A stretch of DNA of 64,000 bases from Squalus acanthias (Eukaryota): NCBI GenBank assembly GCA_030390025.1, contig CM059426.1, positions 189,534,001 through 189,598,000 on the forward strand, read 5' to 3'. The notes beneath the pieces are model-generated. The model saw nothing but the letters and a program-made list of their open reading frames with translations. It made no database searches and was not told the DNA's origin. Position 1 is the stretch's first letter. Each line of letters begins with the position of its first letter. Positions 35,983 through 47,004 of this stretch are shown one piece after another. A program made the translations under genes and the position numbers.

Positions 35983-38735
35983 GGCCGGAATTTTGCTGGC
36001 ACTCAGAGGGCAGGTTCGGAGGTGGGTCCCCTGTCAAAAATCAAAAAGATTGACAGCGGGTCGGGATCCCGCTGTCAACCTGCCTCCATGTCAGTTTCCC
36101 AAGTGTCGGGTCCGTCTGCGCTTTACAGACCCAACACCAAGCGGCGGGGTGAGCCAATTCAGATACTTAAGAGCTTGTTAAAAGGTACTTAAACACCATT
36201 TTACCATGTACTTATCATTTTACCAGCAGTGACTAGTGGGGTACCGCAGGGATTGGTGCTAAGACCCCAGTTATTCACAATATATATTAATGATCTCTAA
36301 GTTTGCAGACGACACAAAGCTGGGTGGGCGTGTGTGCTGTGAGGAGGATGCAGAGAAACTCCAGTATGATTTGGACAGGTTGGGTGATTGGGCAGATGCA
36401 TGGCAGATGCAGTACAATGTGGATAAATGCGAGGTTATCCACTTTGGTGGCAAAAACAGGAAGGCAGATTATTATCTGAATGGCAATAGATTGGGAAAAG
36501 GGGAAGTGCAATGAGACCTGGGTGTCCTTGTGCACCAGTCGCTGAAGGTAAGCATGCAGGTGCAGCAGGCGGTTAAGAAGGCAAATGGTATGTTGGCCTT
36601 CATAGCGAGAGGATTCGAGTACAGGAGCAAGGATGTCTTGCTGCAGTTGTACAGGGCCTTGGTGAGACCACACCTTGAGTATTGTGTGCAGTTTTGGTCG
36701 CCTTATCTGAGGAAGGATGTTCTTGCCATGGAGGGAGTGCAGCGAAGATTCACCAGACTGATACCTGGGATGGCAGGAATGATGTATGAGGAGAGATTGG
36801 GTCGATTGGGCTTGTATTCGCTAGAGTTTAGAAGAATGAGAGGGGATCTCATTGAAACTTACAAAATTCTAACAGGACTAGACAGACTAGATGCAGGAAG
36901 GATGTTCCCGATGGCGGGGGAGTCCAGAACCAGGGGTCACAGTCTAAAGATAAGGGGTAAGCCATTTAGGACTGAGATGAGGAGGAATTTCTTCACCCAG
37001 AGAGTGGTGAACCTGTGGAATTCTCTACCACAGAAGACAGTTGAGTCCAATTCATTAACTATATTCAAGAAGGAGTTAGATATATTTCTTAAGGCTAAGG
37101 GGATCAAGGGATATGGGGAGAAAGCAGGGACAGGGTACTGAATTTGGATGATCAGCCATGATCGCATTGAATGGCGAAGCAGGCTCGAGGGGCTGAATGG
37201 CCTACTCCTGCTCCTATCTTCTATGCTTCTATGTTTCTATGTTTTCATGAGGTTCCCGGTGCTCTGGGATCACGTCAGGTAAGTACGTTGGGCTGTAAAT
37301 GCCTCTCCATTCCTCTGAATAGTAGACAGCTGCAAAAGTGGTATAAAAGCTACCATTACACAGCTGTTCAACTTCCAATGTTAGAAGCTGGAGCCTTCAG
37401 AATTTAGAGTACACTTTTCAGCTTTATGCAGTTTGGAAGTGTTTGGAGTAAACTCTCTATCCACTGTCACCTCCTTGGAGCAAGCTCTCTCACCATTGAC
37501 AGATCGCTTCTGTCATCTCAACTTCAGCTGCCATCTATTCCAGCAGCATCGGTACCCTTGAAAAAATCTCACCTTGGTCCTCAGAATCCCACCACAATCA
37601 GCCCCAACACCAACATCACAAGGCACACCAGCACCACCAACAACACCACCAACTTTTCCGCAATCACCTGATGCTGCACAGGACACAGGGCATCAGCACC
37701 TGACCACATTGCTGCCCGGGATGCCAGGGATGGCCTCACCATGGCCAGATTGACTTCACGTGATGCTGTACACCCTGGCTGCCTATATGATGCGCCAGGT
37801 TGGCATCATTCCACACCAGCACCATAATGCATCCCTACAATGTCCAAGCCATTCTTTTCACACTCATCACCATTGCGGGGGTACCGTTATGTCTCACCAT
37901 TCACTGCAACTCACTAAGCCACTTCCAAAGGTGCACACAAATCTGTCCAAGAAGGCAAACACATTAACAGAAACTTTACATGAACATTGGCGAAAACACC
38001 TAAGTGCCTGCCATTGTGTGTTAGTTGGTATGATTGGACAAGGATGCGGGTGAGTGTGGGGTGGCTAGTGAGATGGGGATGTGATGATATAGATAGAGAG
38101 AGAGGGATGGGTGGAGGTGCAAGGTGTGAGTAAGGATGTGCAGGAGTAGGGTACGAAAGGCAGAGTGATGGGGATGTGATGAGTGGCACAGCAGGATGAG
38201 GTTGAGTGTGGCTTTGCAGTAATGTTTTATGATCTACTGAGATCATTGAAAGGTTTGCGCCACTGCAGCCTGGTCCTCCTGACGACATCCCTGCTTGTGC
38301 CCTCCTGTGCAATGTGCCACCAGGCTGCGTTGGTCTCCTGGGGAAGTGTCTTCTGCCCATTGGAAGGGAAGAGAACCTCCCTGTGTGCTGTGACTCCCTC
38401 CATAAGCATAGGGAGGGAGTCATGGGAGAGCCTGGGTGCAGCCGTGCACCTTTGTGCAGTGCTTGTCAGTGTTTGCAGCACCTCAAAGCTTCAGAACACT
38501 GACAGCACAAATGTCAAAATCAATGTGGACCTGGTCCCTTTAAGGAAACCGGCTGATGACGCGTCATCAATTGGCGTCATCAGACCCGCTTCCTTTTAAT
38601 TGGCCGGGAACCTTGCAGGGCAGGCTTAATAAGCCTAATCAACGGAAAATTCTTCTCACAGAGCGGGATGGAGCCGGGAGCGGGGTCACAACCCGCCACC
38701 TACCTCGGCCGCACTGAGCCCGCCTCGGTAGGCTG
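35983..38735. mobile_element. Internally deleted Harbinger element (family of 22763-30663) with CR1 insertion
   Basis: Left TIR GGCCGGAATTTTGC. A Myb/SANT exon on - at 38227-38481 (AAPRLS...AAWWHIA...LQWRKPFNDL). The right TIR was not found. Confidence 0.78.
36229..37243 (+). mobile_element. CR1 LINE (HER1-like) 3' fragment
   Basis: SGVPQG, ISKFADDTKLGG and a 203-aa open C-terminal segment, followed by the 3' UTR and a (TTCTATG)-type tail. Confidence 0.93.
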
Positions 38736-39394
38736 CAAGGGAGGAGGATTATGGGACAGGACGTGATAGAACGGTGCAACGATCCAGTGGAATAGTTTGG
38801 AAAAAAGTTTCTAAAACTTCTTAGCAGAGATAGTGAAGCAATTGTTTTCTGATTGGTTTCTGCTAAATAAATATAGTCTGTTTACTTTACTGATTGCCGC
38901 TAGATAAATAGCTAGCACAACAGTATAAACAAATCTTTATGTAAAAAAATATTGTTTTTGAATCCTATGTATAAACAGAATTAAGTACAAGTGCTTTAAT
39001 CACCCCTTCTGTCTCTATCTGTCCATCTCTCATTTCTCCTTGAAGTAGATAATGGAACCTGTGTGAATTTTTCCCTGAAAAAGGCTTAAAACATTTTTGC
39101 AGCTTGTTTTTAAATCATTAGAAAAACAAAAAAAACATCAATTGTTTTATAACCTGAAGAAATGCTTTGAATTTTTCCACTGAGAAAAATTAAAGTCAAA
39201 ATTCTAAATATCAAAATAAAAAGATACTCTAATCATCAACCTCTGTTTTCTCTCTATCTTTGTCTCTTTCAGCAGCCTCTCTCTTGAAGCAAGACTTAGT
39301 ACTTTGTAATAGTTTTCCTCTGAAACTTTTTCATAAAAAAGCTTTTAAAATTCATCTACAGCTTGGTTTTAAATCATTTGGAAAATAAACATAG

Positions 39395-40080
39395 GGTCCT
39401 GTTCAACCCCGAGCTGGGCTTTTAAACCTATATCCTATCTATTGCCACACAACTTGCTTCCACTTCTGCCTCTATCTCAGCCCTTCTGATACTGAAACCC
39501 TTATAACTTTGTCGCCTCCATCCTTGATTACTTTAATGCTCTCCTTTCTGGTCTCCCATCCTCCATTCTCCATTAAGTCTAACTTGTCCAAAGCTCTACT
39601 GCAGTTATTCCGCCCTGCAAGCCCATCATTTCCATCTTTTCTGATTTACACTGGTTGCCTGTCCCCCAATGCCAAAAAAATCAAAACTCTTGCCCTCAAC
39701 CATAAAACCCTCCATGGCCTTGTTCCACTCTATCTCTGCAATCTCTTCCAGTCCTTTTACCCCTCCTGGATGCACCGTCCCTCCCATTTTGGTCTTCTAT
39801 GCAAATCACTTTTCTTCACCCCACCATTGGTGGTAGAGCTTTAGTCACCTCAATCCTAATCTTAGGAACTGTCTCCCTAAACCGCTCCACGTCTGAAACT
39901 CTCTCTCCATCTTTAAAAACATCCTCAAAACCCACCTCTTCGACCTAGCCTCCATTCACCCTTCCTAATCTCTCCCTCCCTGGTTTGATGCCATTTTTTT
40001 TTATTGTGCCTGTTTATGAAACAGCTTCAGGTAATTTTTACATTAAAGGCACTGAATCAATACAAATTGTTGTAAATAGT
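39395..40080 (+). mobile_element. Old L2 LINE 3' fragment
   Basis: Degenerate similarity to 11530-12226. Confidence 0.65.
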
Positions 40081-41328
40081 ATTATGACCTGAATCATATA
40101 CTGGTGCAGACTGGGAGATGCTTCACACTGCATGCACCCATTCAGCTGACAGATAGCTATGGAAAGAACCATAGCAGTACTTTTTAAGAGGCATAAATGA
40201 AGATGGTAGGCAACATATGCAGACTGCACAGTAGCATTCTTAGGTTTAGCAGCAGTTATCGGCTGGTAGTATTGGCGGGTGTGGGGGGTGGGGGGTGATT
40301 ATGGGATATAGCACTACTGTAGAGGGAGAACCTAGGGTTTGGTAGCACTGAGAGGTGGAATGTGGGCTTTGGCTTGTTTGGTGATTCCTGGGGTCTGGTA
40401 GTAAGAGAGAATCCCAGGACACGGCAGCAGTGGAGCAGAGGGTTCTGGATTGGGCAACATTGGGAAGATATTGAGGTCTGGCTCGCTAGAGGAAAATACT
40501 ACTGTCTAGGAACATTGGAGGAATATATGTCTGTTAGTACTGGGAATGGAAGGCCCTAAAGTGTGGGGCCCTGGGCGGGAGGATGACAGGATTGGGAAGG
40601 TGACAGGGCCTAGTATCATAAGGTAAGAGGTCTCAAGGTCTGGCAGCATTGAGCGGGATGCCAATGTCTGGGAGCATTGGAGGAGGGTACCAGTATCTTT
40701 CATTATTGGGGGTGGCAGCATGGGGTTGGGAGGGGGAAGGGTCAGGGCATTAGTAGGACAGGAAGAGGGGAAGGGCTGGACCTGGTAGCATTGAGTAAGA
40801 GTCCCATGGTGTGGGAGTACTGGGGAAGGGGGGCGGGGATTTTGCAGGGTATGGGACAACTGAACAGGGGTGCTTGAGAGTCTGGGAGCGCTGAGGTTGG
40901 CATGAGGCTTTGGTAATGTTGAGGGAGGGGGCCATGGTATAGCAGCATGAAGGGAAAAAAGACCCAAGCCCAGCAGAACATAGCCTGATCTCCCCACACT
41001 GAGCAGCCATTTCCTAGCAGTCACAAATGTAGAGTTCAAAGTACTTTCCACACTTAAAACTAGCTTCAGGCAGAGAACTAAGACCAACTCCCCCCTCACT
41101 GCTGACAAACCTAGAAATCCACTAGTGAGCCAAACCTCACATCCTGCCACCTCACACAAGTTTTACAAAGATTTGGTTCCCAATCCACGGTGTTGCTAAA
41201 CCACAGGATGCTTCTCCTACCCCATGCTGCCAAACTTCAGGACTATTCCTCCAGTTCAACCAAAGCCCAGAATTGGTCAACAGTGCTGCTAACAGTCAAC
41301 CTCCCCTCCCAATATTGCTAAATATCAG

Positions 41329-42055
41329 GGGGGGGGCGAAATTTGGTTGCTTTGTGCCTCCCGTTAGCGCCCTAAGAGGGCGCTAACGAGGTGCAAAGCA
41401 ACTAGCGCCCAGGTGCGGCGCCGCCAATGCCTCCCGCGAAATTCAGGAGGTGGCGGTAACCGTTAGCTCCCCGCGGCGCTGTGTCGCCGGCGATGACATC
41501 ATTGCCGTGCGCAGTGCCCCGCTCGCTCCCCGGCCGCGATCTTCGGTAGCGCCCCCTGACTTACCGCCGGACGCTGTGTCCGATGGGGTCAGGGAGGCCT
41601 ACCTGCGCCGCTAATTAAAGGCGAGGTGCCGGGCGGCCATTTTTGTTGCTGGCCATCTGCCAGCACCTGCCCCCTCTGCCGTCCCCAGCCTCCTCTTCAG
41701 CCCTCCCCCCACGGAGTGCCGGCTGCGCTCTGTGAGCCCGGTACTTCTCTTGAGTGCCGGGCTCTTTTCCCGGCACTCCGATCCCTGGTGGCCCAGCTGG
41801 GCCCCGGGTCGCGCTGCGCAAGGCCCCTCCCCTTTAAGAAGGGGAGGAAGGCCTGCAGTACCGCGGCACGTAGCGCCACGATATTCCCTCGCAGCGCCCC
41901 AAGAGGGAGGCGGGGCACTTCCAGTAGCACCCCGCTTCCCTCTTGGGGCGCTACCAATGAATTTCAGCCGCGGGGCGCTAATTTTTTCGGGGCACTAAAA
42001 GTAGCGCCCCGGCAAAGTTAGTGCCCCAAAGGGGGCGCGACTCAATTTTTCCCCC
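41329..42055. mobile_element. CpG-rich Harbinger-type MITE
   Basis: G-run...AAATT / AATTTTT...C-run termini, TSD CAG and repeated TAGCGCC motifs. Its ends are shared with 46111-47004. Confidence 0.7.
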
Positions 42056-42899
42056 CAGGTGCCTAGCTCCAACTTTACATTTTGCACACCATCTTGTGTA
42101 TCCTGAGCATTAAAATGTAAGGTATAATAATTAAATACAGTGGAAAGGGCCACTGATTTATGGTTTTCATAGAATAATGGACAGAGCCATAGAATTTGAT
42201 CCCCAAAGCACTGGTAAAAATCCTAGAATACCATGGTTTATTCAGATGCCATAAATCAATGCCTCTGATATTATGGCCTACATGTCATAAACACCCCTAT
42301 TGTTATAAAATAAGCATATTCTTTGACTCACCATGAGGGGCACTGTGGGAGATTTTCTAGTGATAGATTAAAATCGCACAAGTGTGGTAAGTGTCACACT
42401 TTCCCTGTGCATCCATCAATACACACAAATTACACATCATATAATATCTATATATTTTGAAAGAAGTATCTTGGTTCACTGAGGGAGATACATGGTAAAT
42501 TAGTTATCTGTTTTATTCCTGTCTTCAGTTCTGACTGGAAATTATTCCATGTTATTTTGAGACGTTGCCTTGAGTCTTCATGAGCTTTCTTATGGTTCTG
42601 GCCCTACTGTTTAATTCAGTTCCCAGTTTAAGATTCTGCCAATGCATATTTACATCTGCTTTGTGCTCTGCAGAGCGACAGGATCTTAAATTGGGATCAG
42701 GATCAAGCAGTGAGTCTGAAACTCAAGAAGCAGGCTGAGGAAGACTGGAGGCAATGAATCAAAATGTCCTAAAATAATTTCTTTCTGGACAGGAATAAGA
42801 TGGAGACCATGTTTATATATAAATACGCAATGTAGTACCAGAATTGAGTTTCTGAAATTATTTCCCTGTTGTTTGAACTGCAGTTTTCGGAGTAGCTGC

Positions 42900-44160
42900 C
42901 ACTTTTTGCTGAAGGCTTTTGCACCATAAGGCTGGGGGAACCAGAATCAGCAGATATACAATAATCTCTCGAGCTTCCCTTCATGGTATTTCAGTGGGGA
43001 AGTCATATCCTAGATGTTCATCCGACAATCCCAGCTTTACCTCAGGTGTTATGCTCTGCATTGGCTCCATGTGTTCTGACGTCTCAGCTAACAGTGTATA
43101 CATATTTGTTCCTTGTACCTGAAGGATTCTCCAGAGGGTTTGGCTTTGAATTGCTTTATTGTCAATAGTACATGATGGATACAACAAAATTATCAGGTTT
43201 AGTTCATTAGATCTCTTGTAAATGGAGATACCCAGGAGTGATTATCAGGTGATAATCTCATCAAGAAATTCAGAATGCAGAATAATGCAATGCTGACGGG
43301 GATACTGTTTGGCAAAGAGCTCTTTAAACTCTTTATCTATGTAACCTCCAGTAAAGAAGAAAACCTGCACCATTTGGTAAGTCTACCAAAGTTTTCCCAG
43401 TATCTCATTAACTGTGAGATCAAAGCTTAAGTGATTGATAACCATCAATTAAAAAAAGAAGGTTTGCTTGATTTTCTTTGCCAGCGGTGGCTGTTATGGT
43501 GGACAGTGACTGCCAGGTTGCTCCTTGCAGCTGCTGTCTTTTGACATCCTCACTAGAGGATTAATAATTGTAACATAATCACTTCCAGGTTATTGAGTGA
43601 TAATTTGCAGTTGCATTCCAGGAAATACTAATCAGTATATGCATGATAACAGGATACAATTCAAGACATTCAGGCAGCATTCAAATAGTGACACATGACC
43701 CTTAAAATCAGAGATCAAAAACTCCAAGCCTGCTCTTCTTCTAAAACGCTAATTTGCATCTTAAGGAAAAGCCAGAAAGAAATCAACTTCACTTAAGATT
43801 GCTTCACAGGGAATTTAGATGAATGGACTGTAGTCCCCTTCTCAGTTAACAGTACTTAATTGTCTATGAAAATTTGTTTTCCTTTAATAAAGCTGTGGTG
43901 GTATTGTGATACCGGGTCCATATAAGATCTTACAAAATTGAATCACACAGCTTGTTGTATTTATCGTATTGATTCTAGACCTTGGTAATGACCTTCTCAA
44001 AGGTCACCATATGGAGCACTTCCTCCAGCAGTTCTGGAGCTTTGGATACTTCTTCAAGTGTAAGATAATCATCCATGTCACTAGCTGCGATTTCAATGTT
44101 TTTCTTGTATTCTGTATCTTCAGAGTGTTTGAAGTATAATTACTTCAATACATATAAGTT
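42900..44160 (-). pseudogene. Possible decayed NACHT-domain (NLR-like) coding remnant
   Basis: Manual translation gives KENQANLLFLIDGYQSL (Walker B-like, 43426-43480), followed by protein-like frames with stops and frameshifts. No clear Walker A. Confidence 0.3.
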
Positions 44161-44991
44161 ACGCGGTTTGCATCACTTTGTGGCTTATTTCCCGTAAACC
44201 ACCCAGTGTGTATCTTCTGTTTACTGGCTATTGATGTTGTACTGTGAAGCTAACAATGCACAGGATGTTACATTTTATTGGAGCTAACCATTGGTATTAT
44301 CGTACTAAATGTCTTTTAACCTTTAAACTTCCATCACTCCAGGGAATTTTTTTAACTCCCTGGGACAACCAATTTCTTGTTTTCAGCTCACACACACCCC
44401 ACACTGGATTTTACGACAATCTGTCAGCTTTCAGCTAGTCCACAAATGACCAAATTTATTGAGTTCAATTTCACAACTTCCTATGGTGAGAATTTGAACT
44501 ATGACCTCTGGGCTGCTAGTCCAGTCCCATAACCACTACTTTACCGTACTATGACCACTACATTCTGGTACCTGTGATTCTAAAGTTTGTGTCAATCTCC
44601 AACAGATCAGGATTCAAATTATCTATTCTTTTAAAAGTCTTGAATACTTCAATAATATCTCCCATGAGACTTAATTGTTCCAGAGTAAACATTCCAGGCT
44701 CTTCAACCTCCAACAGTGACTACACTTCAAAAGTACTTCATTGGTTGTAAAGCGCTTTTGAGCCATCCTGAGCTTGTGAAAAGCGCTGTACAAATGCAAT
44801 TCTTTCTTTCTCTCCTTATAGCTCCAATATGTTAAGCTAGGCGTCAGTTTCGCTGCCCTTTTCTGCAATGCCTCCAGTGCCTGGACATCCTTGCTGTAGT
44901 AGAACTGAACACTGTACTCCAGTTATGGCCATGCCAGTTCCTTGTACAAACTCATTATCATCTCCTGTGATTTGTGCTCTATACCTCTAGT

Positions 44992-45440
44992 GTCAGCCAT
45001 GGCTCAGTTGGTAGCACCCTCATCTCTGAGTCAGAAGGTTGTGGGTTCAAGTGCCACTCCAGAGACTTGAGCACAAAAAGCTAGGCTGACACTCCAGTGC
45101 AGTGCTGAGGGAGTGCTGCACTGTCGGAGGTGCCATCTTTCAGATGTGACGTTAAACCGAGGCCCCGTCTGCTCTCTCAGCTGGATGTAAAGGATCCCAT
45201 GGCACTATTTTGAAGAAGAGCAGGGGAGTTATCCCTGGTGTCCCTGAATAAACATCACTATCTGGTTATCAAGTAATTATTACATTGCTGTTTGTGGGAG
45301 CTTGCTGTGCGTAAATTGCCTACCGCGTTTCCTACATTACAACAGTGACTACACTTCAAAAAGTACTTCATTGGCTGGAAGGCGCTTTGGGATGTCTGGT
45401 GGTTGTGGAAAGGCATTATATAAATGCAAGTCTTTCTTTC
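44992..45440 (+). mobile_element. tRNA-derived SINE, SacSINE1/DeuSINE-like, near full length
   Basis: A box TGGCTCAGTTGG, B box GGTTCAAGTGCC, Deu-like core (GGAGGTGCC.TCTTTC.GATG.GACGTTAAACCGAGGCCCC) and an L2-like tail. It is inserted in an old minus-strand CR1 remnant. Confidence 0.85.
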
Positions 45441-46110
45441 TTTCTATACATCCTAAGGCCCAGTTATCTTTCCTCACTGCTGCCTCACATTATTACTTTC
45501 AGTGAGCTGGCCACAAAAGCCTCAGTTCCTTATCCCGTGTTAGGTCCTGTAGCCTAGAGAAATTTGGGTAGATTTTCCATGGGAGTTCCCCGATCTAACG
45601 CTGTAACTGTCTGTTAACGCCACTTCCCCGAGGTTTCTGCTAAAAGTATAGCGGGAGATCGGGGAATCCTGTGCAGAAATGCTACCTTATTTAATTTACA
45701 GGAGTGCTGGTCAGCGAATAATGAGGCTGCAGCCCATGAATTATCGCTCATTCATTTAAATGGCTAGACAACCAAAGGTCTTTGGGACTATGATTTCTCA
45801 ACCAATGCTCCCTGTGAGTGCTGTTCCTCACAAGGAGCACCAATTCGGAAATCAAGCTTTATATTCCCTTTGTTTCCTTTCCCTTGACTTATTACATTGC
45901 ATTTGTTTACATTAAATGTCATTTGTCACCTATCCAACCTATTCAAATTCCTTTATATAAATAAAGTTCGTTCTTCCTTCCTTCCTTGTTCCCTATTGTC
46001 TGATTCTCCTCTCTGCCAATATGGTGCATCTGCAAACTTAGACAAATTTGTTTCTGCAGTTGTTCCACATCATTTATGTGCACTGGGAACTGCCATAGCA
46101 CAGATTCCAG

Positions 46111-47004
46111 GGGGTAAAAATTCAGTTGGTTGCGCCTCCCGTTAGCGCCTTAAGAGGGTGCTAATGGGGCGCAAAGCCGCTAACGCCCGGGCGCAGCGAT
46201 GTTTGCGCCGCTCGGGAACTTAACTAGAGATTGTGCGGCGGCGCTAAACTTTACCGCTGCGACCACCTGCGCGCGCAGATTGTGACGTCATTCCATGGTG
46301 CAACGCCCTTGTGGCGCCCCGGAGCGGAAATTGAGTGGCGCCCCCTGCCTTACCGCCTGGCGCATCCAACGACCAGAGGACTGGAACGCTATCAATCGCT
46401 GTGGGGCTGGGGGGGGGCGCTATTTAAAGGGGGCCTCTTCCTGTCTTTTATTGTTGGTGGCATTTTTGAACTACGCATTCTGAGAGAGAGAGGGAGAGAC
46501 ATCTGGAGAGATTCAACGTTGTGTGAAGGAGTTTTGGGTACTGAGCAGCACTTTGCAGGTTCATTTTGATTTGCCATTCCTTGTATCGATTTAGCAGAGA
46601 CTGTGGGAGCTGCACTCTGAGCTCTTTGCCTGGTACTCTCCATTGTTCTTTCCAGCACATTTGATGTGCAAGTCTCTCCAGGCCGAGATTCAAGGCTGCA
46701 ATGAACAGGATGTGGATGGAAAGCAAGATTAACCATCCCCTTTAAGAACTGGCCCGTGCCATTGTGTGTGTGTTCCATTGCTGACTGACATTACATGAGC
46801 TTCGCCAGCGCTCTGAGTTAGCGCCTCACTCCTTGGCCTTTGCGCCTTAAGACAGGTGTGCAGCGCCTGATTTAGCGCTCCACTCACCTCCCGGGGCGGT
46901 AAAAGTGAAGTTTCCAGTCAGTGCTGATAATTAGCGCCAGGCGCTAATATTTGCGTCCAGACGATATTTGCGCCCCAAATGGGGCGCGACCTAATTTTTC
47001 CCCC
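46111..47004. mobile_element. Harbinger-type MITE (related to 41329-42055)
   Basis: Shared termini (GCCTCCCGTTAGCGCC; GGGGCGCGAC..AATTTTTCCCCC), with a different interior. Confidence 0.7.

Noticed and set aside
38800-39390. Degenerate direct repeats (about 39070-39130 versus 39330-39390)
   Set aside because: AT-rich, few copies and irregular spacing; not an array, and CRISPR is not applicable in this vertebrate context.
40506-41159. 217-aa proline-rich ORF
   Set aside because: It arises from G-rich low-complexity sequence with a non-ATG start and no domain.
44992-45070. tRNA gene
   Set aside because: The A and B boxes belong to a SINE head that continues into the SINE body and tail.
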